Origin: Oligoflexia bacterium
Lineage (GTDB): Bacteria > Bdellovibrionota > Bdellovibrionia > JABDDW01
Reading direction: 5' to 3'
DNA length: 56,522 bases
Assembly: GCA_043732305.1 (NCBI GenBank)
Contig: JAYTHU010000207.1
Coordinates: forward strand, 1-56,522
Position 1 is the stretch's first letter. Every line of letters begins with the position of its first letter. A program made the translations under genes and the position numbers. Positions 38,151 through 47,688 of the stretch are shown in pieces. The notes under the pieces were generated by a model. The model saw only the letters and a list, made by a program, of their open reading frames with translations, made no database searches and was not told the origin of the DNA.

Positions 38151-39662
38151 ATGGCTAAGCAAAAGACGGTTTATGTTTGTCAAAATTGTGGAACACAAAG
38201 TCCAAAGTGGTTGGGACGCTGCCCTGACTGCTCAAGTTGGAATAGTTTTGCGGAAGAAAACACTCAAGCCGCTCCCACGCAAACAGATACTGCTCGTGGC
38301 CTTGGCTTAGGCTCCAGCACCGAACTTCTCACGTTAGATCAAATCAAAGTCAAACACAGTGATGACACCACCCCCAAAGTTCAAACCAAGATAGATGAGT
38401 TCGATCGCGTTTTAGGCGGAGGTTTGCTACCCGGTAGCTTCACTCTCATTGGCGGAGATCCAGGCATTGGCAAGTCTACGCTTATGTTACAAACAGTAGG
38501 TCTTCTCGCAAGTGGCGATAAAAAAATCTGCTACATCTCAGGTGAGGAATCCGTCAGACAAACTCAGCTTCGAGCTCAGCGTCTCAACGTGAAATCTGAC
38601 CATCTCTACTTGGGAAGTGAAACCAACCTAGATGTGATTTTGTCGCTGGTTGAAAAAGTAAAACCGTTCTTAGTTGTAATTGATTCGATTCAAACCGTTT
38701 ACTTGCCCGGCCTTCAATCCGCACCGGGCTCAGTCACCCAGGTTCGTGAGTGCGCGGCAAAACTCATGTATCTTGCGAAAACCCAAGGCATTTGCGTTTT
38801 CTTAGTTGGCCACATCACTAAAGATGGGAGCATCGCGGGTCCCAAAGTTCTGGAACACATGGTGGACACCGTTCTCAGCTTTGAAGGCGACAACAATCAT
38901 CAATTTAGAATTCTGCGAAGCTTAAAAAATAGATTTGGTCCCGTCCACGAGATGGGCGTTTTTGAAATGACAAGTTCCGGTTTGAGCGAAGTGAAAAATC
39001 CATCGGAATTATTTCTCTCGGAAAATTCTCCGCAATCACCCGGCAGCGCAGTTTTTTGCACGATTGAAGGGACTCGTCCATTTTTAGTAGAAGTCCAGGC
39101 GCTGGCGTCTCGCACCAACATGGCCATGCCTCGCCGAACGGCCATCGGTATTGACGTGAATAGATTGCATTTGATTTTGGCAATTTTAGATAAACACTTG
39201 CGGCTGGATCTTTACGCCCACGATATTTTTGTGAACGTGGTTGGTGGTTTAAAACTCACAGAACCCGCTTCCGATTTGGCCGTGGCGGCAAGCCTTCTTT
39301 CGAGTTTGAAAAATGCGACTATCCCAAAGAAGCATTGTTTCTTTGGAGAGCTTGGTCTCACGGGCGAAGTGCGAGGCGTGAGTTTTCCTGACTTAAGAAT
39401 GAAGGAAGCAAAGAAAATGGGATTTGAGAAATTCTTTTTTCCGAAACCTAACGAAAAATCACTGAAAAAAGAAAAAACATTGATTGCTGGTGGTGAGGCT
39501 CTCGACACTATTCGTGAATTACAAAACATTATATCCGGTGGAGATTTCAGAGGCACCAGAGCAACTTCCGTTGCGGCTGATGGCACGAGCTCAACACAAA
39601 ACGCTACTTCGTCTGCGAGAACGACGTCCAAATCTCAGTGGCCCCAAGACGAATCATTTTAA
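38151..39662 (+). CDS. radA: DNA repair protein RadA/Sms
   Basis: C4 zinc finger CQNC...CPDC, GGDPGIGKST, KNRFG, Lon-like C-terminal domain. Confidence 0.97.
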   Translation: MAKQKTVYVCQNCGTQSPKWLGRCPDCSSWNSFAEENTQAAPTQTDTARGLGLGSSTELLTLDQIKVKHSDDTTPKVQTKIDEFDRVLGGGLLPGSFTLIGGDPGIGKSTLMLQTVGLLASGDKKICYISGEESVRQTQLRAQRLNVKSDHLYLGSETNLDVILSLVEKVKPFLVVIDSIQTVYLPGLQSAPGSVTQVRECAAKLMYLAKTQGICVFLVGHITKDGSIAGPKVLEHMVDTVLSFEGDNNHQFRILRSLKNRFGPVHEMGVFEMTSSGLSEVKNPSELFLSENSPQSPGSAVFCTIEGTRPFLVEVQALASRTNMAMPRRTAIGIDVNRLHLILAILDKHLRLDLYAHDIFVNVVGGLKLTEPASDLAVAASLLSSLKNATIPKKHCFFGELGLTGEVRGVSFPDLRMKEAKKMGFEKFFFPKPNEKSLKKEKTLIAGGEALDTIRELQNIISGGDFRGTRATSVAADGTSSTQNATSSARTTSKSQWPQDESF

Positions 39663-40224
39663 TTGCAATTGCGGCTAGCAAAAGCGCAAATACTTTTCCA
39701 AGAGCAATAGCTCCGGCGCGTCTGATAATTTTAATGATGTGATCTGAGTACCAAAATACTAACCAGACAATGAAAATATTTACAACTAGCGCAGTAGTAG
39801 TCGCAGTGTAACCAGATGTTCCAGTCAACAAAAGCAAAGTCGTGAGCACTGCGGGTCCGACAATCAATGGCATTCCAATAGGCACAATTCCGATAGTTTC
39901 TGTTTGGTCAACGCCAGAGGTGTTGCGCACGCGATTTTCTCGAGTAGTCACTAAATCATAAGTGGAAATAACTAAAAGTAAAATACCTCCAGCAATTTTA
40001 AAATCTGAAATGCTGATGCCTAAGAAATGAAAAATTCCTTTTCCTAAATACATGAAAGCAAAACTAATAAAAAAAGCAGTTATGACGGCTTGATTCACAA
40101 TCGTGCGTCGTTTATCTATGAATACATCGCTCGTCATAGATAGGAATACGGGCAATATGCCAACCGCATCAATTGCAAAAAATAACGGGATAAAAGCTGT
40201 CAAAAACTTGGTCCAAAAACTCAT
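39604..40224 (-). CDS. MarC family membrane protein
   Basis: IDAVGILPVF, FKIAGGILL, IVPIGMPLIVGPA. Confidence 0.9.
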   Translation of the reverse strand: MSFWTKFLTAFIPLFFAIDAVGILPVFLSMTSDVFIDKRRTIVNQAVITAFFISFAFMYLGKGIFHFLGISISDFKIAGGILLLVISTYDLVTTRENRVRNTSGVDQTETIGIVPIGMPLIVGPAVLTTLLLLTGTSGYTATTTALVVNIFIVWLVFWYSDHIIKIIRRAGAIALGKVFALLLAAIAIKMIRLGATEIWTSFSQTK

Positions 40225-40355
40225 ATTTATTTCACCTTGGCAGGACTTTAATTCAAGCTAGCTAGGAAGTAAAACTTTCTCGGTGAAACGCTCAAAACTG
40301 TCACCTAGGCCAAGGATTTAACTCCTAAGTGTCCGGCAGGTGGTTCCAAAATATC

Positions 40356-40371
40356 GGGCACAGGCATTGCT
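40356..40371 (+). promoter_or_regulatory. Sigma54 (-24/-12) promoter
   Basis: GGGCAC-AGGCA-TTGCT, one mismatch to TGGCAC-N5-TTGCW. Confidence 0.6.
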
Positions 40372-40383
40372 ATTGTGAAGCGC

Positions 40384-41322
40384 ATGAAGAGTGTTCTACG
40401 AACTTTTATTATGATTTTTACTGCTGGATTGCTTGCTGGAGATTTATCATCTTGCCGCAGTCAATCTCCATCCAATGATCAGACGGAATCATCAACTATA
40501 AAAACCACCCTTCCGACGGAATCCACCAATGACTCAGCTGTAGACCTTAAAACATTATCGACACCAGCTTTTACATCTTCAGTGAAATCAGTGAGTGTGC
40601 CGGTAGCTCCTAATGCAGTGCCTGGATCCACAAATATAAATCCTTTGACCAATACATCAACCAAGCGATCCTTTGACGATTCTGATTCCACGGCTATTTT
40701 GGCTTGTGGAGGAGTCATCTATCTCAACACGGTGAAAGATTTATTTCGAATTCCAAGATACAAACACCAAGTTCCGCATGCGGAACTATATTTCGATGCC
40801 ATAAATATGGCCGGTCTAGATATTCCTAATGCTGACCCCATGTCCATCCAAAAATACTTTTCACCAGAACCCACAACGTCTTCGCTCGCAACGGCGGAAA
40901 CTAGATATGTTGGCGTGGATGCGAAAATTTTGGCAGACTTCACAGGCAGTAGAGATCCTGGGTCGAGCTACTGGATCAAATCAAATAAAAATTCTAAAAC
41001 AATGGAATTTTCCACTATTGTTCGATCGGCTCCAAAATCAGACAATGGAAATATCACCTACGAGTTTTTTGCAATTCTTCATGACAGCAAAAATGAAATG
41101 GAAAAAAAGATGGGTTTCACCAAGCGAGTATTTATTCATACCGATTTGAAATCGGCTTGGTGGTTATATGTTCAAATGACCAGGGTGGCGGAGTGTATGC
41201 AAAAAAGTAATTATGTTGCCGCCGATGCTTCAAAAACATCACTGCGTGGGTCTCTGCTAAATTGGTTTTTTTATTCTCTCTTTTCTGACCAACTGAAACT
41301 TGACTTGGCGGGCTTGAACTGA
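40384..41322 (+). CDS. Hypothetical lipoprotein with Ser/Thr-rich linker
   Basis: Lipobox LSSC, about 70-aa S/T/P-rich linker, then a globular domain. Confidence 0.75.
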   Translation: MKSVLRTFIMIFTAGLLAGDLSSCRSQSPSNDQTESSTIKTTLPTESTNDSAVDLKTLSTPAFTSSVKSVSVPVAPNAVPGSTNINPLTNTSTKRSFDDSDSTAILACGGVIYLNTVKDLFRIPRYKHQVPHAELYFDAINMAGLDIPNADPMSIQKYFSPEPTTSSLATAETRYVGVDAKILADFTGSRDPGSSYWIKSNKNSKTMEFSTIVRSAPKSDNGNITYEFFAILHDSKNEMEKKMGFTKRVFIHTDLKSAWWLYVQMTRVAECMQKSNYVAADASKTSLRGSLLNWFFYSLFSDQLKLDLAGLN

Positions 41323-41340
41323 TCCTATTTCTGATCAGTT

Positions 41341-43107
41341 ATGACGCTTTACTTTATGCTTCTCCTTATTCAGATTTTCACGTGGGACACCGAGGTTTAC
41401 GCCCGTAGCGACTCCGGCCCTTCTCGGATTTGTCCAACAATAGAATTCAATCAAAAACTTCCATTTTCATTATCTTCAGATGAAATAACGTTGGTTTGTG
41501 GAGATAAGAAAAGCACTGATGTCTCAAGCATAGTCTGGTCTTCAATCCCGCCTTCTCAAGCGAAGGTTCACCTGATTGCAATGCTTCAGATTCACGGATA
41601 TCACAAGTCAAAGTTCGAAATAAAAAACAATGTCCTCTATGTCGATCTCGGGAGGCCAACTATCATCTCTAAAATTTCAGTCATTGGCGCACCGGCAAAT
41701 TTAGATATCGATAAAAAACGGGAGATCAGAGGAGAAAAACTCACCCCTGATAAACTGAATGAACTGCAAGATTGGGTGACTTTAGAAATGGCCCATATTG
41801 GTTTTGCTTGTTCAACTTCTGAAATTGCTTCCGATTACTTGACTGGTGAAGTCCAATTGACGGTTAACCAAGGGCCGCATGTCACTATCGCTCAAATAGA
41901 CGCGGAAAAAATTGGAGACCTGCATGATGGCGTGATCAGGCGATTCGATGCATTCAATATAGGCGACAATTATGACTCCTGGAATGTATCGCTAACAGAG
42001 AGACGTGCTATTGAAAACGATTTTGTTCTTGGCACTCATTTCAGTCATCGATGTGAAGAGATCGAGGCATTTTTGCATCAAAAAATTCAGGCAGGACCAC
42101 CAAGACTCGTGCAAATTGGCGCAGGCTTTGACACAGAAGAGGGACCAAAGTTTCAACTGTCTTATCACTACACTCGATTGAACCAGCGCGGATCTTCAAT
42201 TCAAAATACCATTGGCGCGTCTTATCGTGTGCAAGATTTCACTTCTACCTTTGCCTGGTATGCCCTGAGAGAGCCTTCACGATTTTACCTAAAACCGGTC
42301 TTTGAATTGAAAAGAGATAAAGAAAATAATTTTGAATACACAGAAGTACATTTAGATTTTCTGAGTGCTTATTCTTGGGACGATTCCTTTCAGAATTGGC
42401 AACTCACCCTCGGTCCTTCATTTCAATCCGATCATAACGTGGTGGGTGCGGGCGTTGCCGATTCACAAAATTTGTTTTTGAAACAGACATTGCTGGTTAC
42501 AACACACGGTTTTGAATACTATAAAAGTAGCCCTCAACGAGGCTACAAGTTTGAAGTCGATAATCTATTAAGCAACAGTGCGGTAGGATCTTCTCTCACG
42601 GCCTACCAAATGAAACTGTCCTTTGAAAATCTTTTTAACATCGGCGATTACTCTCCACCCTCTTTGATATTGGGTTGGCGCGGCTCATTAGCAACCACGT
42701 ACACGCCGAATGGTGGAATCGACCGAATCAACATGCCCGAGACCCTGAAGTATTTTATTGGAGGAACACAAGACGTACGCGGTTTTTCTCGACAAGAACT
42801 TCCAGCAAATAATGGCTTAGGTGCCTTGACAGAGGCGTACATGGGTTTTGAAAGTCGCTTCCCCAGCATACTGCCGCTAGGACTCCAGCCCTTCATTTTC
42901 ACCGATGGTGGGTTTCTAGGCGATGAACCTGCGACACTTCGTTGGCCACTCTATTGGTCTCCAGGTCTTGGAATTAGATGGGCCTCTCCCATCGGAATTT
43001 TTAGAACAGAATTGGCGAACGGGTTTGTCTATGATCCAACGATTGCTTTGCCGCAATCGAATCACTCCCACCTTCAGCTTTACCTTTCTTACGGGCAGGA
43101 ATTTTGA
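41341..43107 (+). CDS. Omp85 family outer-membrane protein (TamA-like)
   Basis: POTRA-like N-terminus, GAGFDTEEGP, YFIGGTQDVRGF, GLGIRWASPIG, C-terminal YGQEF. Confidence 0.88.
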   Translation: MTLYFMLLLIQIFTWDTEVYARSDSGPSRICPTIEFNQKLPFSLSSDEITLVCGDKKSTDVSSIVWSSIPPSQAKVHLIAMLQIHGYHKSKFEIKNNVLYVDLGRPTIISKISVIGAPANLDIDKKREIRGEKLTPDKLNELQDWVTLEMAHIGFACSTSEIASDYLTGEVQLTVNQGPHVTIAQIDAEKIGDLHDGVIRRFDAFNIGDNYDSWNVSLTERRAIENDFVLGTHFSHRCEEIEAFLHQKIQAGPPRLVQIGAGFDTEEGPKFQLSYHYTRLNQRGSSIQNTIGASYRVQDFTSTFAWYALREPSRFYLKPVFELKRDKENNFEYTEVHLDFLSAYSWDDSFQNWQLTLGPSFQSDHNVVGAGVADSQNLFLKQTLLVTTHGFEYYKSSPQRGYKFEVDNLLSNSAVGSSLTAYQMKLSFENLFNIGDYSPPSLILGWRGSLATTYTPNGGIDRINMPETLKYFIGGTQDVRGFSRQELPANNGLGALTEAYMGFESRFPSILPLGLQPFIFTDGGFLGDEPATLRWPLYWSPGLGIRWASPIGIFRTELANGFVYDPTIALPQSNHSHLQLYLSYGQEF

Positions 43108-45428
43108 AAATCTCGACTAATTTATTGAAGATATCTGGGATTATTTTGGCGGGATTAAGTTTGTTTGCTTTGATAGCAGCAGGCATCATTCTTTTTATTT
43201 TATGGCAACCAGAAAAAATTCTCACAAGTTCAAATCTCAAATTTATGGCCATTAAAATTAAGCCCATGGGAATTTCCGTGGATTGGCAGAGCCTAGGAAT
43301 ACAGATAAAAAACTATTCCTTACTCGACAAAAATCTCGACCTTGAGTTTAAAAACCTATGTATGGATATTCCCTCCATCAAGATTAAAGGTTGTTTACAA
43401 CAACTTCATGTTGGTGCGCATTTGGTTTTTCGCAATCGAAAACTTAGAATTGCTAAGATTGACCCGGTTCTAATAGTTGGAGAAAATTTCCTCATTGATC
43501 TAAGGCCTTCTTTAACACTTCCTAAACCTGCAGGAAAACCTGGGATATTTTCTGATATCATTTCAAGGGACACGAAGTTTGGGGATCTGCAAGTGATTTT
43601 AAAAGATCTAAAATTTGTTAGCGGCGAGAACACTTTCTCCGGTGAGTTAAATATCGGAAGTGAAAAACCTTTTGATCCGCAGAATCCCCGCCATCTCATG
43701 GGGTGGATTAAGGCACAGGAGCCAAAGAATAAAATCTCTCTCAGCACGGGGTTTGTTCTCACTCCAGAACATTTTCAAGCCAATCTCGATTTTAAAAAGA
43801 AAAAAGGAATTTCAGCGGTTGCCCACCTGCTTTATTCACTTTCTGGTACTAATGCTGCGATTGACGAAGGCGGTTTCAAAATCGACCTTGAGACCAAAAT
43901 CAATTCGCAAACCCGAGTCGTGGGTATTATCCAAGGACGAGTGAAAGAAGATCACGTGTATGCGGATTTAAACCTCAAAGCAAACGTTTCTGGAAATCGC
44001 ATTTTTCTTGGCGAAGAAGCAAAATGCCAAGCGAAAATCGGGTACAAGAATGAATTAAACGGGCAGATTAAATTAGATTGTCCTGTTCAAGTTGTACCTA
44101 AAACTAGCCAGATTTCCGGGATTGAACTTTCAAAACAATTCAGAGCTATCGGATTAGTGATTAAAGCTGATCTAAAATCTTTGACCGGACTCAACACTGA
44201 CGGACCATGGACTGGCAAAGCCGGAATCTATATAGAAACTAAAGAGCGGTCATTTCTTAAGATAGACGGGAAAGTAGAATCACAGATTGAGCGAGCTTCA
44301 CTTGATGAGAATTTGTTGAACAATCTATCGGCGCAAGTGGACGTAAAAATCGCCTTGGATCAATTCAGGAACCTTGTTGAGTTTTTACAAAACACCGATC
44401 TTGGAATCCCCGCGCCACTGAATTCGCTCGCCGGCAAAATCGAATGTAATATCAAAGGTGATTTGAAATCTTCAAAATTAGACTTACCCTACATCTGCAC
44501 CACCAAGCTTGATTCTAAACATGAGGCGCTCGAACTTGAGGCTAGAGGCAATGTAAAGGGCGTGCTCAAGGGAAATGAAACTCACATCGATTTGGTGAGT
44601 GACGTCAGTTTAAACAATATCCAACTGGCACTCCCTCACTTTGGAATTAAAGGTGTGCCTCCGCTTTTTCCAGATCCTCGATTTCAAAAATCAATAGTGC
44701 CTGTGGATAAAAAAACAGCTCCGGCGTTTGATTATGTGATTAATCTAAAAACACCTGCCGGGAAGCCAGTCCGGATACTTTCTAATCTAGTTAAAGACAA
44801 TATTCCAATGCAGTTCGATTTAAAGATCGCATCCAATGCTCCACTGGTGGGCGCAGTTAATATTTTGGAATTTCCAGTAGTGTTTTTTCGTCGAGAAGGA
44901 ACTATCAAATATTTTAACGTGAAACTCACACCCAAAGAAAATCAGCTTCTCAATGGGTTGATTGAGGTTCACTACACCGACTACGTGATAAAAATAACTG
45001 TAGAAGGCTCGAGCAAAGAACCAATAGTAAGATTCGACAGCGTGCCCCCACTCTCCCAAGAAAATATTTTTTCGGTTCTTTTGTTCGGGCATCCCGCAGA
45101 TAATTTAAATCCAATGGATCAAAGTTCTGTGGTGAGCGCTCAAGCAGCGGCCGCAGACAAAGCGATCAGTTTGACTTCGATGTACTTGCTTGCGTTCACG
45201 CCGGTTGAAAGTATTGGATACAACTCTCAGTCGCAAACCTTCACGGCTAAATTTCGTCTAGCCGAAGGAACGTCACTAAATGTTGGAGCAGGAAACAGCG
45301 GCGTGAAAGAAGTGGGGATCAATCGCCATCTCGGGGGTCCTTGGTATGTCTACACCTTTGTTAAGAACCCTACAGATAGCGATGCCCACTCCACCGCTGC
45401 GTTTCTACAATGGGTGCTAAAGTACTAA
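43104..45428 (+). CDS. TamB-like (AsmA/DUF490) protein
   Basis: N-terminal TM anchor, beta-rich body, ITVEGSSKEPIVRFDSVPPLSQENIFSVLLFG DUF490-type motif; coupled to the Omp85 gene. Confidence 0.82.
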   Translation: MKISTNLLKISGIILAGLSLFALIAAGIILFILWQPEKILTSSNLKFMAIKIKPMGISVDWQSLGIQIKNYSLLDKNLDLEFKNLCMDIPSIKIKGCLQQLHVGAHLVFRNRKLRIAKIDPVLIVGENFLIDLRPSLTLPKPAGKPGIFSDIISRDTKFGDLQVILKDLKFVSGENTFSGELNIGSEKPFDPQNPRHLMGWIKAQEPKNKISLSTGFVLTPEHFQANLDFKKKKGISAVAHLLYSLSGTNAAIDEGGFKIDLETKINSQTRVVGIIQGRVKEDHVYADLNLKANVSGNRIFLGEEAKCQAKIGYKNELNGQIKLDCPVQVVPKTSQISGIELSKQFRAIGLVIKADLKSLTGLNTDGPWTGKAGIYIETKERSFLKIDGKVESQIERASLDENLLNNLSAQVDVKIALDQFRNLVEFLQNTDLGIPAPLNSLAGKIECNIKGDLKSSKLDLPYICTTKLDSKHEALELEARGNVKGVLKGNETHIDLVSDVSLNNIQLALPHFGIKGVPPLFPDPRFQKSIVPVDKKTAPAFDYVINLKTPAGKPVRILSNLVKDNIPMQFDLKIASNAPLVGAVNILEFPVVFFRREGTIKYFNVKLTPKENQLLNGLIEVHYTDYVIKITVEGSSKEPIVRFDSVPPLSQENIFSVLLFGHPADNLNPMDQSSVVSAQAAAADKAISLTSMYLLAFTPVESIGYNSQSQTFTAKFRLAEGTSLNVGAGNSGVKEVGINRHLGGPWYVYTFVKNPTDSDAHSTAAFLQWVLKY

Positions 45429-45452
45429 ACTTTAACACCTTGAAGATTAAGC

Positions 45453-45980
45453 TCAGCCAATGGCTAAAGCTTGGCTTACAGCGTTTAGTACAGATGCAAT
45501 TTTAATAGCAGATTGAATTCCGTCGTTTGAAATATTCGCTTTTCTGACTTCAGCGATATGCGCATTGATGCACATGCCGCAGCCTGAAATTGCGGATACA
45601 GCCAAACACATAAGTTCAAAATCCACTTTATCTATGCCTGGTTTTCCGATCACGTTCATGCGAAGTCTCGCAGGCATTTTCGAAAACTCTTTATCGTCGG
45701 ATAAATGTAGAAATCGGTAATAAATATTGTTCATGGCCATGATCGTTGCCGCAGATTTAGCGGCGACGATCAATTCCGGCGAAAGCGAAGCTTCGCCAGC
45801 ATGAACAATAGATTCAGTGATATCTTTATTTTTGAGGGCGTAACTGCAGGCTAGAGAAATAGCCCATAGCTGAGAGTCGGTCAGCCCGGCAGCACCACCG
45901 TTTTGCAGTAAGGATTCCACGTTGAGCCGGATGTCCCGGCCATAATCTGGTATTTGGTTTTGTAATTCAATCATGTTCAT
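45453..45980 (-). CDS. ahpD: Alkyl hydroperoxidase AhpD
   Basis: IPDYGRDIRLN, MAMNNIYYRF, AVSAISGCGMCINAH (CxxC). Confidence 0.93.
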   Translation of the reverse strand: MNMIELQNQIPDYGRDIRLNVESLLQNGGAAGLTDSQLWAISLACSYALKNKDITESIVHAGEASLSPELIVAAKSAATIMAMNNIYYRFLHLSDDKEFSKMPARLRMNVIGKPGIDKVDFELMCLAVSAISGCGMCINAHIAEVRKANISNDGIQSAIKIASVLNAVSQALAIG

Positions 45981-45991
45981 AAATTCTCCTA

Positions 45992-46528
45992 TTAAGAGGT
46001 AATAGTTTTTTCGCCCTTTTCCCAATTGCATGGGCAGAGCTCGTCAGTTTGTAGTCCATCAAGAATTCGCAGAACTTCTTTTGGATTTCGTCCAACATTT
46101 AAATCAGTGACGTAAACAAATCTTATGATTCCAGTGGGATCGACTATGAAAGTGGCTCTCTGAGCAACTCCTTCAGCTTCATCGATAATACCTAAGCTCG
46201 ATGAAAGTTCTCGTTTGATATCAGACAACATGGGGAAAGGAAGATCTTTCAAATCGGCATGACTCTGTCTCCAAGCCATGTGCACGAATTCCGAATCAGT
46301 GCTGGCTGCTAATATCTGAGCATCGCGATCAATGAACTGCCTGTTTAATTCTGCAAATCCTTTTATTTCGGTGGGGCAAACAAAAGTGAAATCTTTGGGA
46401 TAGAAAAATAACACTAGCCATTTTCCTTCATAAGTTTTATCTGTGATTTCTTGGAACGCTGTTTTAATATCAGTTGAAACAGTCGCTTTTAATCTAAATT
46501 CAGGGATCTTTTTTCCTACGCTTAGCAT
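45992..46528 (-). CDS. ahpC: Peroxiredoxin AhpC
   Basis: FFYPKDFTFVCPTE, ELCPCNW. Confidence 0.96.
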   Translation of the reverse strand: MLSVGKKIPEFRLKATVSTDIKTAFQEITDKTYEGKWLVLFFYPKDFTFVCPTEIKGFAELNRQFIDRDAQILAASTDSEFVHMAWRQSHADLKDLPFPMLSDIKRELSSSLGIIDEAEGVAQRATFIVDPTGIIRFVYVTDLNVGRNPKEVLRILDGLQTDELCPCNWEKGEKTITS

Positions 46529-46616
46529 GTAAACCTCCTCAGGTTGTCTAGAGAGCTAACGGCCTAAAGCCATTGCTTATTTCCTCTATATTCGCCAATA
46601 TTCGGATATTAGTAAA

Positions 46617-46652
46617 ATCGATTGTTTTTATCGATCAATCGAGTTAATCTAT
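46617..46652. promoter_or_regulatory. OxyR-type operator in the ahpC/oxyR divergent region
   Basis: ATCG-N7-TTAT-N6-ATCG-N7-CTAT immediately upstream of the oxyR ATG. Confidence 0.65.
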
Positions 46653-46656
46653 CGAC

Positions 46657-47613
46657 ATGCCAACACTCACTCAGCTCGAATATATTATTGCTGTCGACAA
46701 ATACCGCCACTTTGGCCAAGCCGCAAAGTCTTGTAATATCTCTCAGCCAACGCTGAGTATGCAGATCCAAAAGGTGGAGGATGAACTATCCTTGGTGATT
46801 TTTGATCGAATAAAGAAACCCATTGTTCCTACCAGCCGTGGATTGCTTTTTATTCAACAAGCCAAAAAACTTATTCAGGAACATGAAAAGCTCCTCCAAA
46901 TTAGTCAGAACGAAGGAAAAGAGATTAGAGGAAGTTTCCGACTAGCGGTAATTCCCACGATTGCACCCTATTTGTTGCCACTTTTTATAGAAGAGTTTTC
47001 CCGGAAATATCCCAAAGTTGATTTGCGCATCGATGAATTAAAAACATCTTCTGTGATAGACGGTTTAAAAAATGGAACAATCGACGGAGGAATAGCCGCC
47101 ACTCCACTTCACGAAAATACTCTTAAAGAACGGCCACTTTTCTATGAGCCCTTTGATCTTTATGTCGCTAAAAACAATCCGCTTTCAAAAAAAACTGAGA
47201 TTAGACATTCAGACCTAGTGCGGGAAGACATGTGGCTTCTTCAAGACGGTCACTGCTTTAGAAATCAAGTGGTTGAGTTCTGCGGACTTGATGGAGATTC
47301 TGGTATTTTTAAGAATGTGCACTTCGAAGGAGGAAGTCTTGAAACTCTGCGCTATTTGGTTCGTAAGAGTCGCGGTTACACACTAGTACCCAAGCTTTTT
47401 TCATTAGAATTATCCGCAAGTGAACGTAAAGAGTATGTGCGTACGTTTCAAAATCCAGTGCCTACACGGGAAGTGAGTTTAGTTTTTAAAACAGATCAAT
47501 GGCGACAAAATATTTTAGAAGCTATCGAACAAATGATAATCAGTTCAGTTCCTAAAAATCTAGTCACTTACAATGCAAAAAAACAAGTGATTCTTGATGG
47601 GCAAAATAAGTAA
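46657..47613 (+). CDS. oxyR: LysR-type peroxide sensor OxyR
   Basis: TLTQLEY...SQPTLSMQI HTH, IPTIAPYLLP, LQDGHCFRNQVVEFC redox cysteines; divergent from ahpC. Confidence 0.93.
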   Translation: MPTLTQLEYIIAVDKYRHFGQAAKSCNISQPTLSMQIQKVEDELSLVIFDRIKKPIVPTSRGLLFIQQAKKLIQEHEKLLQISQNEGKEIRGSFRLAVIPTIAPYLLPLFIEEFSRKYPKVDLRIDELKTSSVIDGLKNGTIDGGIAATPLHENTLKERPLFYEPFDLYVAKNNPLSKKTEIRHSDLVREDMWLLQDGHCFRNQVVEFCGLDGDSGIFKNVHFEGGSLETLRYLVRKSRGYTLVPKLFSLELSASERKEYVRTFQNPVPTREVSLVFKTDQWRQNILEAIEQMIISSVPKNLVTYNAKKQVILDGQNK

Positions 47614-47620
47614 ACCGCTG

Positions 47621-47658
47621 AAATAAAAAAGCCTTGTGACGAAAATCATCACAAGGCT
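47621..47658 (-). terminator. Intrinsic terminator between convergent oxyR and katG
   Basis: Stem AGCCTTGTGA (47630-47639)/TCACAAGGCT (47649-47658) followed by a U tract on the minus strand. Confidence 0.8.
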
Positions 47659-47688
47659 ATTAAACATTTAACTTTTCAGCTCACAAGA

